DNA of 64,000 nt, from contig JAZNGC010000017.1 of the NCBI GenBank assembly GCA_045589155.1, forward strand, positions 3,771 to 67,770, given 5' to 3'. How positions within the stretch are numbered: position 1 is the first letter of the stretch; each line of letters begins with the position of its first letter. Origin of the DNA: Lachnospiraceae bacterium (GTDB lineage: Bacteria > Bacillota > Clostridia > Lachnospirales > Lachnospiraceae). Positions 60,008 through 64,000 of the stretch are shown piece by piece. The notes under the pieces are model-generated. The model was not told the origin of the DNA and made no database searches. It saw only the letters and a list, made by a program, of their open reading frames with translations. The position numbers were made by a program, and so were the translations under genes.

Positions 60008-61414
60008 ATGGCACAGTTATGGGGCGGACGTTTTACAAAAGAAACCGATAAACAGGTTTTTGAGTTTAATGCGTCAATCAGTTTTGATAAAAAATTATTT
60101 GAACAGGATATTACCGGAAGCATAGCCCATGTGGTTATGTTGGAAAAACAGGGTATTTTGAGTGTGGAAGAAAAGGATGCCATTGTAAAAGGCTTAACAT
60201 CCATTCGCGAAGATGTGAAAGCAGGTACACTCGATATAGATGAAACTAAGGAAGATATTCATAGTTTTGTGGAGGCAGAGTTGATCAGTCGTATCGGTGA
60301 TGCCGGAAAAAAATTACACACCGGTCGAAGCAGAAATGATCAAGTCGCACTGGATATGCGCCTTTACACCAGGGAAAAAGTAGTACTTACAGATGTCCTC
60401 GTAAAACAACTTTTGGAGGCAATCCAGAAGGTGATGGAGGAAAATGTTTATACATATATGCCCGGTTTTACACACTTACAGAAAGCCCAGCCAACCACAC
60501 TGGCTCATCACTTTGGTGCTTACTTTGAGATGTTTAAGAGAGACAGAAGCAGACTTAAAAGTATTTTCTATCGTATGAATTATTGTCCTTTGGGTGCAGG
60601 TGCACTGGCGGGAACCACTTATCCCTTGGACAGAGCCTATACAGCATCGTTGCTTGGTTTTGAGGGACCTACTATGAACAGTATGGATTCGGTTTCCGAT
60701 AGGGACTATCTGATTGAGTTTTTAAGTGCTCTCTCTACAATTATGATGCACCTTAGCCGTTTTTCGGAAGAAATCATTATCTGGAACTCTAATGAATACA
60801 GATTTGTGGAGATTGATGATGCATATTCTACCGGAAGCAGTATCATGCCCCAGAAAAAGAATCCTGATATTGCAGAACTTGTAAGAGGAAAGACAGGACG
60901 TGTATATGGTGCGTTAATGTCGCTTCTTACCACGATGAAGGGTATTCCTCTTGCTTATAATAAGGACATGCAGGAGGATAAGGAAGTGGCTTTTGATGCC
61001 ATGGAGACAGTGGAAAATTGTCTTGTATTGTTTACCGGTATGATTGCAACCATGAAGTTCAGAAATGAAGTTATGGAAAAAAGTGCAATGAATGGATTTA
61101 CCAATGCCACAGATGCGGCGGATTATCTGGTAAATAAAGGGGTTCCGTTCCGTGATGCCCACAGTATTATCGGCAGATTAGTGCTATATTGTATTGACAA
61201 AGAAACCAGTATTGATAAACTGGAATTAGAGGAACTTAAGAGTATCAGTGATAAATTCGAAGCAGATATTTATGATGCGGTTAGTCTAAAGACTTGTGTG
61301 GAAAAGAGACTGACTTTGGGGGCACCCGGTTTTGAAGTGATGCAGCAAGTGATAAAAGCCAATAAAGAGTATTTGGCAAATTCTGATTGGGCAAGTCCCT
61401 ATCAGATGGTTTAA
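60008..61414 (+). CDS. argH: Argininosuccinate lyase
   Basis: LWGGRF, HTGRSRNDQ, GSSIMPQKKNPD, YNKDMQEDKE. Confidence 0.97.
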   Translation: MAQLWGGRFTKETDKQVFEFNASISFDKKLFEQDITGSIAHVVMLEKQGILSVEEKDAIVKGLTSIREDVKAGTLDIDETKEDIHSFVEAELISRIGDAGKKLHTGRSRNDQVALDMRLYTREKVVLTDVLVKQLLEAIQKVMEENVYTYMPGFTHLQKAQPTTLAHHFGAYFEMFKRDRSRLKSIFYRMNYCPLGAGALAGTTYPLDRAYTASLLGFEGPTMNSMDSVSDRDYLIEFLSALSTIMMHLSRFSEEIIIWNSNEYRFVEIDDAYSTGSSIMPQKKNPDIAELVRGKTGRVYGALMSLLTTMKGIPLAYNKDMQEDKEVAFDAMETVENCLVLFTGMIATMKFRNEVMEKSAMNGFTNATDAADYLVNKGVPFRDAHSIIGRLVLYCIDKETSIDKLELEELKSISDKFEADIYDAVSLKTCVEKRLTLGAPGFEVMQQVIKANKEYLANSDWASPYQMV

Positions 61415-61473
61415 GATTGCATGCAAAGAATAATTGATGTTTTTTGCTTGGAATATAAGGAGGAGATGAAAAA

Positions 61474-62559
61474 ATGAGTGAAAAATTGAAAGTAGGTATT
61501 TTAGGCGGAACCGGTATGGTAGGTCAGAGATTCATTTCTCTTTTGGAAAACCATCCCTGGTTTGAAGTGACAACAATCGCAGCAAGTCCCCGTTCTGCAG
61601 GAAAGACATATGCAGAAGCAGTAGGTGACAGATGGAAGATGACAAAACCCATGCCGGAAGCTGTGAAAAATCTTGTGGTTATGAATGTCAACGAAGTGGA
61701 AAAAGTTGCATCTGAAGTTGATTTCGTTTTTAGTGCTGTTGACATGACAAAAGAAGAAATCAAGGCGATTGAAGATGAATATGCAAAGACAGAGACACCT
61801 GTTGTTTCCAACAATAGTGCTCACAGATGGACACCTGATGTTCCCATGGTAGTGCCTGAGATTAATGCTCAGCATATGGAAGTAATTGAATTCCAGAAAA
61901 AGCGTCTCGGAACAAAGAGAGGTTTTGTGGCAGTAAAGCCTAACTGTTCCATCCAGAGTTATGCACCTGTTCTTACCGCTTGGAAAGAGTTTGAACCCTA
62001 TGAAGTGGTTGCAACTACTTATCAGGCTATTTCCGGTGCAGGTAAAACTTTCAAGGATTGGCCTGAAATGATTGAAAACATTATTCCTTATATCGGCGGT
62101 GAAGAAGAGAAGTCTGAAAAAGAGCCTCTCCGTATCTGGGGTGAGATTAAGGATGGTGTAATTGTTCCTGCTACAAGCCCTGTTATCACATGCCAGTGTA
62201 TCCGTGTTCCTGTTTTAGATGGTCACACGGCAGCTGTATTTGTGAAGTTCAGAAAGAAACCTACCAAAGAGCAGCTTATTGAGAAATTGGTGAATTTCAA
62301 AGGTGTTCCTCAGGAACTTGAACTTCCCAGTGCACCCAAACAGTTTATTCAGTATCTGGAAGAGGATAACCGTCCTCAGGTTAAGTTGGATGTGGACTAT
62401 GAAAACGGTATGGGCGTGAGCGTTGGACGTATCCGTGAAGATAACGTTTACGATTTCAAATTCGTTGGTCTGTCTCACAATACCGTAAGAGGTGCTGCAG
62501 GCGGTGCGATTCTTTGCGCAGAACTGTTAAAGGCTCAAGGATATATTACAAAGAAATAA
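61474..62559 (+). CDS. asd: Aspartate-semialdehyde dehydrogenase
   Basis: GGTGMVG, PNCS, QAISGAG, HNTVRGAAG. Confidence 0.95.
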   Translation: MSEKLKVGILGGTGMVGQRFISLLENHPWFEVTTIAASPRSAGKTYAEAVGDRWKMTKPMPEAVKNLVVMNVNEVEKVASEVDFVFSAVDMTKEEIKAIEDEYAKTETPVVSNNSAHRWTPDVPMVVPEINAQHMEVIEFQKKRLGTKRGFVAVKPNCSIQSYAPVLTAWKEFEPYEVVATTYQAISGAGKTFKDWPEMIENIIPYIGGEEEKSEKEPLRIWGEIKDGVIVPATSPVITCQCIRVPVLDGHTAAVFVKFRKKPTKEQLIEKLVNFKGVPQELELPSAPKQFIQYLEEDNRPQVKLDVDYENGMGVSVGRIREDNVYDFKFVGLSHNTVRGAAGGAILCAELLKAQGYITKK

Positions 62560-62613
62560 TGGACTGAATAAGGCAATACATTTACAGCAAAATTATGTTG
62601 GGAGGCATTGTTT

Positions 62614-64000
62614 ATGGATGAATTACGCTATCAATTGAGTTTATTGAAAGCGCTGAATCAGAAACTCGGCGGGGAAGAAAGAATGTACCGGCTTGTTTGT
62701 GATACGTCTGACGGTGCCTTCCTTTATTGTGCTTTTAATCATGGAGAGATGAAGACCATAGGAAAATGGGATACATATTTTCCTTTTGAGGTAAAGGACA
62801 GTAGAGATTTCAGCAAAATTGTGGATGAAGTGGAAAATGAGTACAGGCTTGGTCTGGAAGGAATGCTCCACCTGGAAAAAACAGGTCAGTCTAAAGAAAT
62901 TATGGAGTGTCGTCTGAAGGACGGTGTTACATGGCTTAAAATTGATGTGGATGTGTTTTATGATGAAGAGAATGTACCGGTGGATAAGGTGATTGGCTTC
63001 AGAAATATTACGAAACTGAAATTACAAAATGAAGAACTGAAATACATGGCGTATTATGATTCCCTGACAGGATTATATAACCGTAATTATTTTGTGGTCC
63101 GTTTGGGAGAAATGATTGAGAAAGCAGAAGCTCACGGAGATATTGTAAGTGTGCTTTTAATGGATATAGATAATTTCCGCCAGATTAATGACGGAATGGG
63201 ACTCCTTACAGGAGATGAAGTGGTACAAGAAATCGGACGGTATTTACATGATTTTGAAAGTGACGACATTATTGTCTGCAGAATGGACAGTGATGTATTT
63301 TGTATGGGCATATATAATCCACAAGGAGAGAAAGCCGTACAAAAAATATATGATACAATCCGTGAACGTATGCAACAGGGCTTTGTGATTAGTACCGGAC
63401 AGGAGTTGTTTTTGTCCGTGTCTATTGGTGTGGCTGAGTATCCGGAAGCAGCACAAAAGGCGATTGAACTGATTAATTGTGCTGAGATCGTAATGTATAA
63501 GGCAAAGGATAGGGGGAAGGCAGGTCTTCAGTATTTTGATGCACCTATCTTACAGGAATTCTTGAAGAATGCGGATATTGACAATAAATTGAAGGATGTT
63601 TCTTCTATTATCCGTAATTTTGAAATGTATTTCCAACCACAGTATAATGCAGAAAACGGACGTCTTAGAGGTGTGGAAGCTTTGCTTCGTTGGAGAGATG
63701 AAAGAGGGAAGTTAATCAGTCCTGCATTGTTTATTCCGGTGGCAGAAAAGAATGGTACGATTGTTCCGATTGGCAAATGGATTATAGAAGAGAGTTTAAG
63801 GTGTCATTCAAAATGGAAAGAAAAGTATGGATATCCCATGATTATTTCCATAAATATTTCCGCTATTCAATATAAGCGTCAAGACTTTGTGAGTATGATT
63901 ATTGATGCCATTAAGAGATATAATGTGGAACCCTCTGAAGTGGAACTTGAAATTACGGAAAGTGTATTGATTGAGCATTTGGATGAAGTAAAGGAAAAAT
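62614..64000 (+). CDS. GGDEF-EAL protein, 3'-truncated by window edge (absent from the ORF track)
   Basis: GGAGG RBS, MDELRYQLSLL..., YYDSLTGLYNR, DIDNF, DSDVF in place of GGDEF, FQPQY, EALLRW, ELEITES. Confidence 0.9.
   Translation, partial: MDELRYQLSLLKALNQKLGGEERMYRLVCDTSDGAFLYCAFNHGEMKTIGKWDTYFPFEVKDSRDFSKIVDEVENEYRLGLEGMLHLEKTGQSKEIMECRLKDGVTWLKIDVDVFYDEENVPVDKVIGFRNITKLKLQNEELKYMAYYDSLTGLYNRNYFVVRLGEMIEKAEAHGDIVSVLLMDIDNFRQINDGMGLLTGDEVVQEIGRYLHDFESDDIIVCRMDSDVFCMGIYNPQGEKAVQKIYDTIRERMQQGFVISTGQELFLSVSIGVAEYPEAAQKAIELINCAEIVMYKAKDRGKAGLQYFDAPILQEFLKNADIDNKLKDVSSIIRNFEMYFQPQYNAENGRLRGVEALLRWRDERGKLISPALFIPVAEKNGTIVPIGKWIIEESLRCHSKWKEKYGYPMIISINISAIQYKRQDFVSMIIDAIKRYNVEPSEVELEITESVLIEHLDEVKEK

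Overview
Core-chromosome segment of a spore-forming, low-GC Clostridia bacterium (gene content and protein style suggest Lachnospiraceae; inference). It holds about 55 CDS, one tRNA-Thr(CGT) and a Phe T-box. Functions include translation (pheST, gltX, queA, tgt), anaerobic dNTP synthesis (nrdDG, dut, with NrdR boxes), amino-acid synthesis (aroC, leuB, ilvD, ilvB, serC, serA, argH, asd), glycogen, potABCD, sporulation (spoVAF, cotJABC), an [FeFe] hydrogenase, two GGDEF-EAL proteins, a PilZ protein and two ECF sigma factors. I see no mobile element, prophage, CRISPR array or defence system. Best leads: (1) a GlgX homologue lacking its catalytic residues, coupled to an HD-like gene; (2) an ECF sigma/anti-sigma/secreted-protein module with a duplicated promoter motif; (3) a hairpin between dut and spoVAF containing both a sigmaG-like promoter and the spoVAF RBS; (4) a 145-nt antisense overlap giving a UvrD helicase a Ser-rich tail; (5) a Cys-rich 8-aa-repeat protein; (6) DUF1015 as a candidate SerB substitute. 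All family calls are by eye from motifs; no searches were run.
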